Position numbers and translations under genes: made by a program. A DNA stretch of 40,124 nt from a virus (lineage: Duplodnaviria > Caudoviricetes), in IMG/VR virus record IMGVR_UViG_3300005298_000001, positions 1 through 40,124 of that record. The stretch is one strand, 5' to 3'. Shown piece after piece: positions 1-6,352 of the stretch. Numbering within the stretch: the first letter of the stretch is position 1; each line of letters begins with the position of its first letter. The notes under the pieces are model-generated. The model was given only the letters and a program-made list of their open reading frames with translations. It did not search any database and was not told the origin of the DNA.

Positions 1-57
1 GTACCTATCTATCTTTTCAAAAGATGGATGGGTACCATCCTAGCAAAGGAGGGGCGT
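1..57 (+). promoter_or_regulatory. Cassette element: CTATCTATCT + long hairpin + TACCAT + RBS
   Basis: GTACCTATCTATCTTTT-C-AAAAGATGGATGGGTAC (1-35, two G.T pairs), overlapping GGATGG-GTA-CCATCC, then AAAGGAGG; near-identical copy at 362-413. Confidence 0.75.
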
Positions 58-121
58 ATGAAACTAGAGTATTTGGTTAATCGAGTTTATCTTCCCAACG
101 GTAAGACACTCCTCCGTTACA
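1..121. repeat. Terminal direct repeat identical to 40004-40124; most likely a circular-assembly overlap, giving a unit genome of about 40,003 bp
   Basis: Exact sequence identity of 1-121 with 40004-40124; the copy at the end stops mid-gene. Confidence 0.95.
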
Positions 122-351
122 TAACGGAGGAGATCGAAAGGCTAGGAGGGGAAGTTCAAGTTCTTCCTCCTCCTGATGTCCGAATCAGAGGGCATCAAGC
201 TAAACCTCTTAGGTTACAAATCTCTCTCAACGGTAAAGAAAAAGTTTTTGATAATATTCTGTTAAGATACCACTTTATGCAAGGTACTGCATGGACAAGC
301 AACAGGTTGCTTGTCCAGAGAATTATAGATTTTCTAAACGAAACCAAGTAA
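58..351 (+). CDS. Small hypothetical protein (accessory cassette)
   Basis: ORF with AAGGAGG RBS before ATG 58; start shortened from the ORF-track call at 28. Confidence 0.85.
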   Translation: MKLEYLVNRVYLPNGKTLLRYITEEIERLGGEVQVLPPPDVRIRGHQAKPLRLQISLNGKEKVFDNILLRYHFMQGTAWTSNRLLVQRIIDFLNETK

Positions 352-358
352 TTCAATT

Positions 359-419
359 ATGGTACCTATCTATCTTTTCAAAAGATGGATAGGTACCATC
401 TTAGTCAAAGGAGGTGTTT
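359..419 (+). promoter_or_regulatory. Cassette element: 41-bp near-perfect palindrome + RBS
   Basis: ATGGTACCTATCTATCTTTT-C-AAAAGATGGATAGGTACCAT (359-399, one G.T), then AAAGGAGGTG. Confidence 0.75.
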
Positions 420-863
420 ATGAAGAGAAAAAATTTTCTAGTTACATTTACTGTTACGAGAAGGGGGGATTCCTATAGCGTTCCTCCCTTTTTCTCAAAG
501 CTTGTTAAATTCGTTGAAAATAGGAGCGATGGGTTTGTTCACGGTGTTGATGATGAGATCCTTTTATATATATTCGAGCCATCTGTTTATGGTGTTGGTA
601 TTAAGAACCTAAAAGTCAAGGTAGGTGGTAGAACTGTGTTTCGTATCGTCATGGAGTATGAAACTGACATATTGAGGTTTAAGAACGAAAACGAGTTACT
701 CATATGTAGAAAGGATGAGTATACGATCAGGGTTTTTATACATCCTAATACCAGTAAAGCCAGTTACTTAATACAACAGTTTCTAGAGCAGTACGGTGGG
801 AATGTAGGGAATGTACAGGAAATTGATAATTGTATTTGGTTCAGGAAAAGGAGGGGGGTATGA
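420..863 (+). CDS. Hypothetical protein (accessory cassette)
   Basis: AAGGAGGTG RBS, ATG at 420; ATGA overlap with the next gene. Confidence 0.85.
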   Translation: MKRKNFLVTFTVTRRGDSYSVPPFFSKLVKFVENRSDGFVHGVDDEILLYIFEPSVYGVGIKNLKVKVGGRTVFRIVMEYETDILRFKNENELLICRKDEYTIRVFIHPNTSKASYLIQQFLEQYGGNVGNVQEIDNCIWFRKRRGV

Positions 864-1168
864 GGATAAAAGAATTGAGGGTTGAGATAGTAGTTCCGGT
901 TTCGGATCTTTCCAAATTCGAAACCGAGGTTCAAAAGGTTTTCAAGGGATGGGTTATCCATCCCAAGGAGAAAATTTGTGAGGGGCTATGGGAGCAGTGG
1001 ATAGAGCTGTCTCCCAGGTGCTGTGTTGTTTTGCAGATCATCCAGGAATCCTCTAACTTCATATGTACAGTTAGAGGATTCACAAAAAAAGCTGAGAGGA
1101 AGGTTATGCGGCTAATTGCTCATTTTAGACAATGGGTTGTCAAAGAACAAATATGCTTTCTATCCTAA
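860..1168 (+). CDS. Hypothetical protein (accessory cassette)
   Basis: AAGGAGGGG RBS; ATG 860 overlaps the upstream TGA. Confidence 0.85.
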   Translation: MRIKELRVEIVVPVSDLSKFETEVQKVFKGWVIHPKEKICEGLWEQWIELSPRCCVVLQIIQESSNFICTVRGFTKKAERKVMRLIAHFRQWVVKEQICFLS

Positions 1169-1194
1169 TGGGGTGGTACATTTGTACCATCCCA
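1169..1194 (+). promoter_or_regulatory. Cassette hairpin TGGGGTGGTACA-TT-TGTACCATCCCA
   Basis: 12-bp arms with one G.T, directly after the stop codon; downstream RBS AAGGAGGGGCGTATG is identical to that before gene 58. Confidence 0.7.
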
Positions 1195-1222
1195 GTAAAA
1201 GAAAAAGAAAAAGGAGGGGCGT

Positions 1223-1594
1223 ATGAAAGTTAAAGTATTTTTTAAAGAAGGCGGTTCAGATGAGTTTTACAGGTGTCTCCTGAAGTACTTTAGAAAGTAC
1301 TTCAGGATGTTTAAAAACCTTAACATTGATTACTCTGAAGTTTACGGTAATGTTTCATACTTAGATGTTCTAAGTAGTAACGAAAGTTTGCTTAAGTTCA
1401 TACATATCGAAAATGAAAACTCTGTTGAAATCATTCCTGTTAATGAAACTGTTGCACGTTTATTAAATCGTTTCATTAACTACTATTACTCAAAAAATTT
1501 GCTAATCTATCTATCTCTAGATGGTACATACATTGTACCATCTATGATGAGGCCGGAGGCCGGCGGTTTGAATGAAGCTGCCGGCAGGCCGTAA
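1223..1594 (+). CDS. Hypothetical protein (accessory cassette); the last ~30 codons read through the next regulatory element
   Basis: Strong RBS; ORF track 123 aa; C-terminus is encoded by the CTATCTATCT/hairpin element. Confidence 0.8.
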   Translation: MKVKVFFKEGGSDEFYRCLLKYFRKYFRMFKNLNIDYSEVYGNVSYLDVLSSNESLLKFIHIENENSVEIIPVNETVARLLNRFINYYYSKNLLIYLSLDGTYIVPSMMRPEAGGLNEAAGRP

Positions 1595-1605
1595 AGGAGG
1601 GAGGT
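1507..1605 (+). promoter_or_regulatory. Extended cassette element: CTATCTATCT, TAGATGGTACA-TACAT-TGTACCATCTA hairpin, GC-rich GGAG/A internal-loop hairpin, RBS
   Basis: Inverted repeats at 1518-1544 and 1551-1590; same architecture at 38759-38862. Confidence 0.7.
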
Positions 1606-1890
1606 ATGGTCAGAGACATCACTGTTTATTTGTCCGGTTCCGATAGTGAAGCTTTCGATTTTGTTAACACTTTGGTCTCGGCTTTGGGGGCCGAGTATGA
1701 CGGGGAGTGGATTCGTTCACCACTCCCACTCGGAGATATTATGGTTATGGGGCCAACTTACGGCTACCAACGAGTTTTCAGCTTTGAACCGAATGAGGCT
1801 AGTTTGAATTTCATTCTAAACTTTTTACATAGTCGTAATTTCACCGTTTATGAATACGATGGTGATTACAATATTTTTGTTAACTTGTAA
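1606..1890 (+). CDS. Small acidic hypothetical protein (accessory cassette)
   Basis: AAGGAGGGAGG RBS, 94-aa ORF. Confidence 0.85.
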   Translation: MVRDITVYLSGSDSEAFDFVNTLVSALGAEYDGEWIRSPLPLGDIMVMGPTYGYQRVFSFEPNEASLNFILNFLHSRNFTVYEYDGDYNIFVNL

Positions 1891-1897
1891 TTGTTAA

Positions 1898-1940
1898 TTA
1901 CGGGAGTACCTACTCAGGTACTCCCGTAACCTACCTTTTC
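1898..1940 (+). terminator. Perfect 14-bp hairpin closing the accessory array; probable terminator
   Basis: TTACGGGAGTACCT-ACTC-AGGTACTCCCGTAA after the last plus-strand gene; the T tract is short and displaced. Confidence 0.55.
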
Positions 1941-2215
1941 ACTTCATCACTTTCATCATTCATCATCCTTTTGCTTCATTCATCATTCTTCATCTTGCTT
2001 CATTCTTCATCGTTTTGCTTCATTCATCATCATCGTAATCATTCATAATCATCATTCTTCATCATCGTAATCATCATCTTGCTTCATCTTCATAATCATC
2101 TTCATAATCATTTTGCTTTTTGCTTTTGCTTTTGCTTTTGCTTGTTGCTTGCTTAACATTTTTTTGCTTGTTGTTTTGTTTGTTTAGCAATTTTTAATTT
2201 CGTTAGCAAATTTTT
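1941..2215. repeat. Low-complexity array of TTCATC/TCATCA/TAATCA units followed by TTTTGC units
   Basis: Directly visible degenerate tandem repeats; non-coding convergent intergenic region. Confidence 0.9.
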
Positions 2216-2311
2216 TGAAGGGGGGGGAGGAAATTTTTTAGGGTTATTGAGGTAATGTATGCCTACACACGGTGGGTTTAGGTTTTGGTGTGGCTGTGGT
2301 ATGGGTTATGT

Positions 2312-2521
2312 TTAGGTGTTGGTGTTGTTTGGGTTTTTGGTGTTTAGTTGGGACTGTAGGGAGTTGATGGCTGCGATGGTGGTTTTTTCGAGGTTGTGGA
2401 GGATGTTCCAGATGGAGGTTTTGATGTTTTCGTTGGAGAGTTGTGATGATGTGGCGTAGGACTCGAAGATTTTGTTTAGGACTTGTTGGAGTGTGTTGAT
2501 GTCGTGTTGGATGTTAGTCAT
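2312..2521 (-). CDS. Small helical/coiled-coil hypothetical protein
   Basis: 69-aa ORF overlapping the end of the upstream YopX-like gene, with the same codon style. Confidence 0.6.
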   Translation of the reverse strand: MTNIQHDINTLQQVLNKIFESYATSSQLSNENIKTSIWNILHNLEKTTIAAINSLQSQLNTKNPNNTNT

Positions 2522-3143
2522 AGGGTTTGTCGTTGGTTTTGTTGTTGTTTTTCTCGTTTTCGGATTGGCTTTGGGATTTGTGCTCGTAGTAGCTGTCTTC
2601 GGTGTCTTGTGGTTCGAGGAGTTCGGGGTTTTGGAAGATGTTGCCGAGCAGTTCGAGTTTGATTGAGCCTGGGCTGTGCCTGGCGGCTTTTTTGGCGGCT
2701 TCCATGAAGAGTTTAGTTTTGCGGATGCTGGTGGAGATGGGTATGAACCTTAGGAGCAGGATGGGGGTTGGGACGAGGATGGGCAGTTCTGGGGTGAAGT
2801 ATGCGGGTTTTGTGGTGACGATGAAGTTGAGGTGTTGGTCTGGTGGTAGTGAGATTCTGATGATGTCGAGCTCGTAGGCGTATTTTTGGCCGATGGGGAA
2901 GAGTTTGAGCATTTTGATTGCGTTGGCTGGAGAGATGGAGAGAGATATTTCGTAGGTTCTGGACTTTTCGGAGATGAGGATGGGTTCTGACCTTGTGGTG
3001 AGCGTGAAGATTGAGCCGTGGGTGTCGATCAGGTAGTTGTGGGTTTCTGGCTCTGTGATATCGATGATGTCTGGGAAGTAGAACATTTGCTTTTTCTCGT
3101 AGTCCCATATGCGGAACTTGGGGGCGAACACGTCGATGGTCAT
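2514..3143 (-). CDS. YopX-family phage protein
   Basis: N-terminal KFRIWDYEKKQM, central YELDII and C-terminal ELLGNIFQNPELLE match YopX hallmark motifs. Confidence 0.8.
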   Translation of the reverse strand: MTIDVFAPKFRIWDYEKKQMFYFPDIIDITEPETHNYLIDTHGSIFTLTTRSEPILISEKSRTYEISLSISPANAIKMLKLFPIGQKYAYELDIIRISLPPDQHLNFIVTTKPAYFTPELPILVPTPILLLRFIPISTSIRKTKLFMEAAKKAARHSPGSIKLELLGNIFQNPELLEPQDTEDSYYEHKSQSQSENEKNNNKTNDKPYD

Positions 3144-3149
3144 GGTTTG

Positions 3150-3210
3150 ATGGTAAATGAAGTTTGCTGTTCATGTCAAGTTGACAAGAGGGTTGGGTAT
3201 TGTTTAAAAG
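3150..3210. promoter_or_regulatory. Back-to-back sigma70-type promoters
   Basis: Minus: TTGACA (3179-3174)-18 nt-TACCAT (3155-3150), 6 nt before ATG 3143 (leaderless). Plus: TTGACA 3181-3186 with a weaker -10 near 3205. Confidence 0.65.
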
Positions 3211-3227
3211 AATGTTGGAGGTTTGGT

Positions 3228-3530
3228 ATGAGCAGGGCGGTATTAGCTTGTGGTAAGGTGTATGTTAGGGATGATGAGGTGTTTGGGCTGAAGGTTGAGC
3301 CGGCTCGTGTGACGGCTGAGCTTTTCAAGGATGAGGAGTTTGTCAAGCTGGTTACTGAGTTTGTCAAGAGGAGGTATGGGTACGACAAGGTGGTTATTGA
3401 GAGGGGCATGGTTTACGTTGATAGCGAGGGAGAGGTTAGTGATGTTTTCAGGGTTGAGGTTTACTTGGAGCGGTGCAGGGCGGTCATGAGGAGGGCGATG
3501 GACGCTGCTGACCGAGCCATGGGCTTTTGA
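3228..3530 (+). CDS. Hypothetical protein
   Basis: GGAGG RBS then ATG 3228 (in frame with the ORF-track call at 3018). Confidence 0.8.
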   Translation: MSRAVLACGKVYVRDDEVFGLKVEPARVTAELFKDEEFVKLVTEFVKRRYGYDKVVIERGMVYVDSEGEVSDVFRVEVYLERCRAVMRRAMDAADRAMGF

Positions 3531-3550
3531 TTTTGGTGTTTGGGGGGGGT

Positions 3551-4261
3551 ATGTGGAGTGTGAAGAAGATATCGGAGTTTTTGGGTCTGTCTGAGAAGAC
3601 TGTGAAAAGAGCGATAAGGCAGGTGTTTCCTGAGAAGCATGGTGGCAAGGGTGGTAGGGGTAAGAGCTTGGAGCTTAGCGACGAGGAATTTGCGAATCTG
3701 CTGGTACATCTTAGGCATAAGGGGATTCTGAAACTAGGACAAAATGACCAGGTTTCTGGTGAGAAACTGGGACAAAATGTCCAGGTTTGTGAGGAGAAAC
3801 TGGGACAAAATGACCAGGTTTTCTACCTTACGCCGAGGAAAGACAACAGCATAGTGGAGTTCAGGAAATCGTTGGCGATCACGCAGAGGATAACGGAGAA
3901 CTTGGCCAGGATAGTGGAGAAGCAATACGAGACGATGGAGCTTGTGAACACGATGGTGCTTAAGCTTGAGGATGCGCTTGAGCGTGTTGCGATGGGCAGG
4001 AAGTTTTATCCGCCGACGTACCAGAGCCAGGCGGCGATGAGGCTAAGGCAGGAGATATGGAGGCTGGTGGAGGACTACATCAAGGCTAATAATCTCTATG
4101 AGAAGAAGAGGGATGTTTTTGTGGATTTGGTTAGGCGGTATGAGAAGGAGACGAACAGGAACATAAGGCAAGGTAGTAACGATTACGAGACGGTGATGAA
4201 GAGGCTTTTCATAGAGCATCAGGCTGAGGCGTTTATTGAGTGGCTGAGGAAGAGGATATGA
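3551..4261 (+). CDS. HTH DNA-binding protein, antirepressor-like (ORF6C-like C-terminus)
   Basis: N-terminal HTH SVKKISEFLGLSEKTVKRAI, three KLGQNxQV repeats, coiled coil, helical C-terminal domain ending EAFIEWL. Confidence 0.6.
   Translation: MWSVKKISEFLGLSEKTVKRAIRQVFPEKHGGKGGRGKSLELSDEEFANLLVHLRHKGILKLGQNDQVSGEKLGQNVQVCEEKLGQNDQVFYLTPRKDNSIVEFRKSLAITQRITENLARIVEKQYETMELVNTMVLKLEDALERVAMGRKFYPPTYQSQAAMRLRQEIWRLVEDYIKANNLYEKKRDVFVDLVRRYEKETNRNIRQGSNDYETVMKRLFIEHQAEAFIEWLRKRI
3730..3821 (+). repeat. Three 33-bp-period direct repeats GAAACTRGGACAAAATGWCCAGGTTT
   Basis: Units begin at 3730, 3763 and 3796. Confidence 0.9.
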
Positions 4262-4656
4262 GGTACATTCCAATCGAGGCGGTGCTGAATACGATACAGG
4301 ACGTTTATGGCTTTAGTTGGGAGCGGGAGTATTATTTTGCTTATCCGAAGTTCAAGTATAGGTTTGACTACGCCATACCGTCGCTGAAGGTGGCGATAGA
4401 GGTTGAGGGAGGGGTATATGTCTATGGTAGACATAACAAGCCGACGGGCTATGAAGAGGATTGTATAAAGTACTCGTTGGCGAGTGCGATGGGCTGGGTG
4501 GTGCTGAGGTTCACGACGAGGCAAATCAGGAGGAACCTGTTTCTGTTTCCGACGAAGGACAAGCCGGGCAGGGAGTACATGGAGCTTGGCAGGTTCATAA
4601 GTGAGGTTGTCAAGAGCAGGATAGATGGGCGTGTATGCGACTTGTCATGCTTCTAA
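4258..4656 (+). CDS. PD-(D/E)XK endonuclease, Vsr/DUF559-like
   Basis: REYYF..YRFDYA...VAIEVEGG...H....GY..D..K......GW.VLRFT pattern; ATGA overlap with the upstream gene. Confidence 0.8.
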   Translation: MRYIPIEAVLNTIQDVYGFSWEREYYFAYPKFKYRFDYAIPSLKVAIEVEGGVYVYGRHNKPTGYEEDCIKYSLASAMGWVVLRFTTRQIRRNLFLFPTKDKPGREYMELGRFISEVVKSRIDGRVCDLSCF

Positions 4657-5060
4657 CGTTAATAGTCTTGGTTGCGTTGCTTGCTGGCCTGGTGGTTTTT
4701 CTGGGTTGGCAGCTGTTGCAAAAAAGCAACGCTGAGGGTGGTGGCATGCAGGGAATAAAAACGAACATTGTCACTGTCACGAATGTAAGGACGTTCCACA
4801 GGACGAACTACGTTACGAACGCAGTTGGTGGGACGAATGAGGTCATGAGGGAGGTGACGGTGAGCGAGGTTAGAGAGGTATCCAACACGGTGGTTGTGCC
4901 GATCAGGAGGGATAACGTTGTTGGCGTTGGTGTTGGTGGGCTTGACGGCGTTCTGTACTACCAGCGGAGGATACACGATGATTGGTTTTTGGGGCTGGGG
5001 GTGGAGAGCAGAGCGTTCACAAACCTGTACTTTTACTTTTTCGTTTCGCGCGAATTCTGA
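4635..5060 (+). CDS. Membrane-anchored protein with a Thr/Asn/Val-rich segment (possible spanin-like or outer-membrane protein)
   Basis: N-terminal hydrophobic helix; beta-rich C-terminus ending in F; start may be 4647. Confidence 0.65.
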   Translation: MRLVMLLTLIVLVALLAGLVVFLGWQLLQKSNAEGGGMQGIKTNIVTVTNVRTFHRTNYVTNAVGGTNEVMREVTVSEVREVSNTVVVPIRRDNVVGVGVGGLDGVLYYQRRIHDDWFLGLGVESRAFTNLYFYFFVSREF

Positions 5061-5070
5061 CGGAGGCGGT

Positions 5071-5967
5071 ATGAGGCAGGTCAAGGGCAACATGCAGCTA
5101 ATGCCGTATCCAGGGGGTAAGTACTACATGAAGGGTGCGATAATAAGGATGATACCTGAGCACAAGGTGTACGTTGAGCCGTTTGCGGGCGCGCTCTCTG
5201 TGCTTTTGCACAAGGAGCCGTCGCCTGGCGAGGTGGTGAACGACATAGACGACGACATATATAACCTGTGGGTACAGGTGCAGAAGAACCCTGAGAGGCT
5301 GGTTGAGGAGGCGGAGCGTCTGTGGTACAGCCGCAAGGTGTACCTGCAGGTGCTCAGTGAGTGGAAGAGCGGGTATAAGGGCGAGAATGATGTTGAGAGG
5401 GCGGCACGGATATTGTTTCTATACAACGCTGGTGGCAAGATGGACACGTTCTTCCGCACGGTGCACTATAAGAAGAGAGGGGGCGGTAGAACTGAGTTTA
5501 GGAACGGTGCTGTCAACTACAGGCGGAAGATAGAGCTCATTTCTGTTGTATCCGAGAGGCTTAGGAATGTTGTCATAGAGTGCGAGGACTTCAGGAATCT
5601 CATGACTAGGTTGGACAGCGAGGATACGTTTTTCTTCTGTGACCCGCCGTACTTTGAGTCGTCGTACCAGCACAAGTTCAAGATGCGCGACCATGAGGAG
5701 CTGGCCGAGATTCTGGGCGAGGTGAAGGGCAAGTTTCTGCTTACGTACAAGTACGACGACAGGCTGCTTGAGCTGTACCCGAGGAGCAAGTTCAACTGGC
5801 TTGAGTTCGAGATAAGCAACCACTTCCACAAGATTTCAGGTCGTGGTGTTGAGTCTAGGCGCAAGGAGGTGGTGATAACGAACTACGATGTTGGTGCGGC
5901 GGGCGCTAAGGTTGAGGTTAAGGGGTGGGAAGATGGTGAGGAGGAAATTAGTCTATTTGGCGCATAA
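5071..5967 (+). CDS. DNA adenine methyltransferase (Dam/D12 class)
   Basis: YPGGK, YVEPFAGA, NDID and DPPY motifs; GGAGG RBS before ATG 5071. Confidence 0.93.
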   Translation: MRQVKGNMQLMPYPGGKYYMKGAIIRMIPEHKVYVEPFAGALSVLLHKEPSPGEVVNDIDDDIYNLWVQVQKNPERLVEEAERLWYSRKVYLQVLSEWKSGYKGENDVERAARILFLYNAGGKMDTFFRTVHYKKRGGGRTEFRNGAVNYRRKIELISVVSERLRNVVIECEDFRNLMTRLDSEDTFFFCDPPYFESSYQHKFKMRDHEELAEILGEVKGKFLLTYKYDDRLLELYPRSKFNWLEFEISNHFHKISGRGVESRRKEVVITNYDVGAAGAKVEVKGWEDGEEEISLFGA

Positions 5968-6277
5968 GTTTGGGCGCGAGTGGTGGAGGGTGGAGGAAAT
6001 AAAGAATTTCATCTATGGGTATTACCAGGAGCACAATGACGTTATTTTCGTTAGTTCTGTGTTGCTGTTCGGGTATTGTGACTTTATGGATGAGAGGGAG
6101 GCGAGGAAGAAAAGCGTGGAGCTTCTGCTGGCGTGTGACGAGGTGTGGGTGTACGTGTTCAGCAAGGAGGACTTCTTCACGAGCAAGGGTCTGAGGCTGG
6201 AGCTGAGGGTTGCGCGGCTAGCTGGGAAGCCAGTCAGAGTGGTTAGTACCCACCAGGCGGGTGCCTGGCAGGTTTAG
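5933..6277 (+). CDS. Nucleoside 2-deoxyribosyltransferase-like / DUF4406-like protein
   Basis: VYLAH...LLLACDEVWV...SKG...E...A...GKPV pattern. Confidence 0.7.
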   Translation: MVRRKLVYLAHKFGREWWRVEEIKNFIYGYYQEHNDVIFVSSVLLFGYCDFMDEREARKKSVELLLACDEVWVYVFSKEDFFTSKGLRLELRVARLAGKPVRVVSTHQAGAWQV

Positions 6278-6320
6278 TTCAATGGTAGCGACTGGGGATG
6301 AGCTTAGAGCCGAGTATGGT

Positions 6321-6345
6321 AGGCACGGTCCTACCGTGCCTCTTC
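6321..6345 (+). terminator. GC-rich hairpin AGGCACGGT-CCT-ACCGTGCCT (terminator, or 5' hairpin of a leftward small RNA)
   Basis: Perfect 9-bp stem with only a weak pyrimidine tail. Confidence 0.45.
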
Positions 6346-6352
6346 TGGGATA

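Noticed and set aside
1-1930. CRISPR array or true integron
   Set aside because: The spacers are whole genes and the repeats vary in length; no cas gene, tyrosine recombinase or GTTRRRY/RYYYAAC attC boxes are evident.
1945-2160. Chain of ATGA-coupled mini-ORFs on the minus strand (e.g. MLSKQQAKAKAK...DDDYDDEE)
   Set aside because: An expected by-product of ATGAAG/ATGATG repeats; no RBS or promoter support.
4258-5967. Restriction-modification pair (nuclease plus MTase)
   Set aside because: The nuclease is a short Vsr/DUF559-type phage enzyme separated from the MTase by another gene; orphan Dam-like MTases are common in phages.
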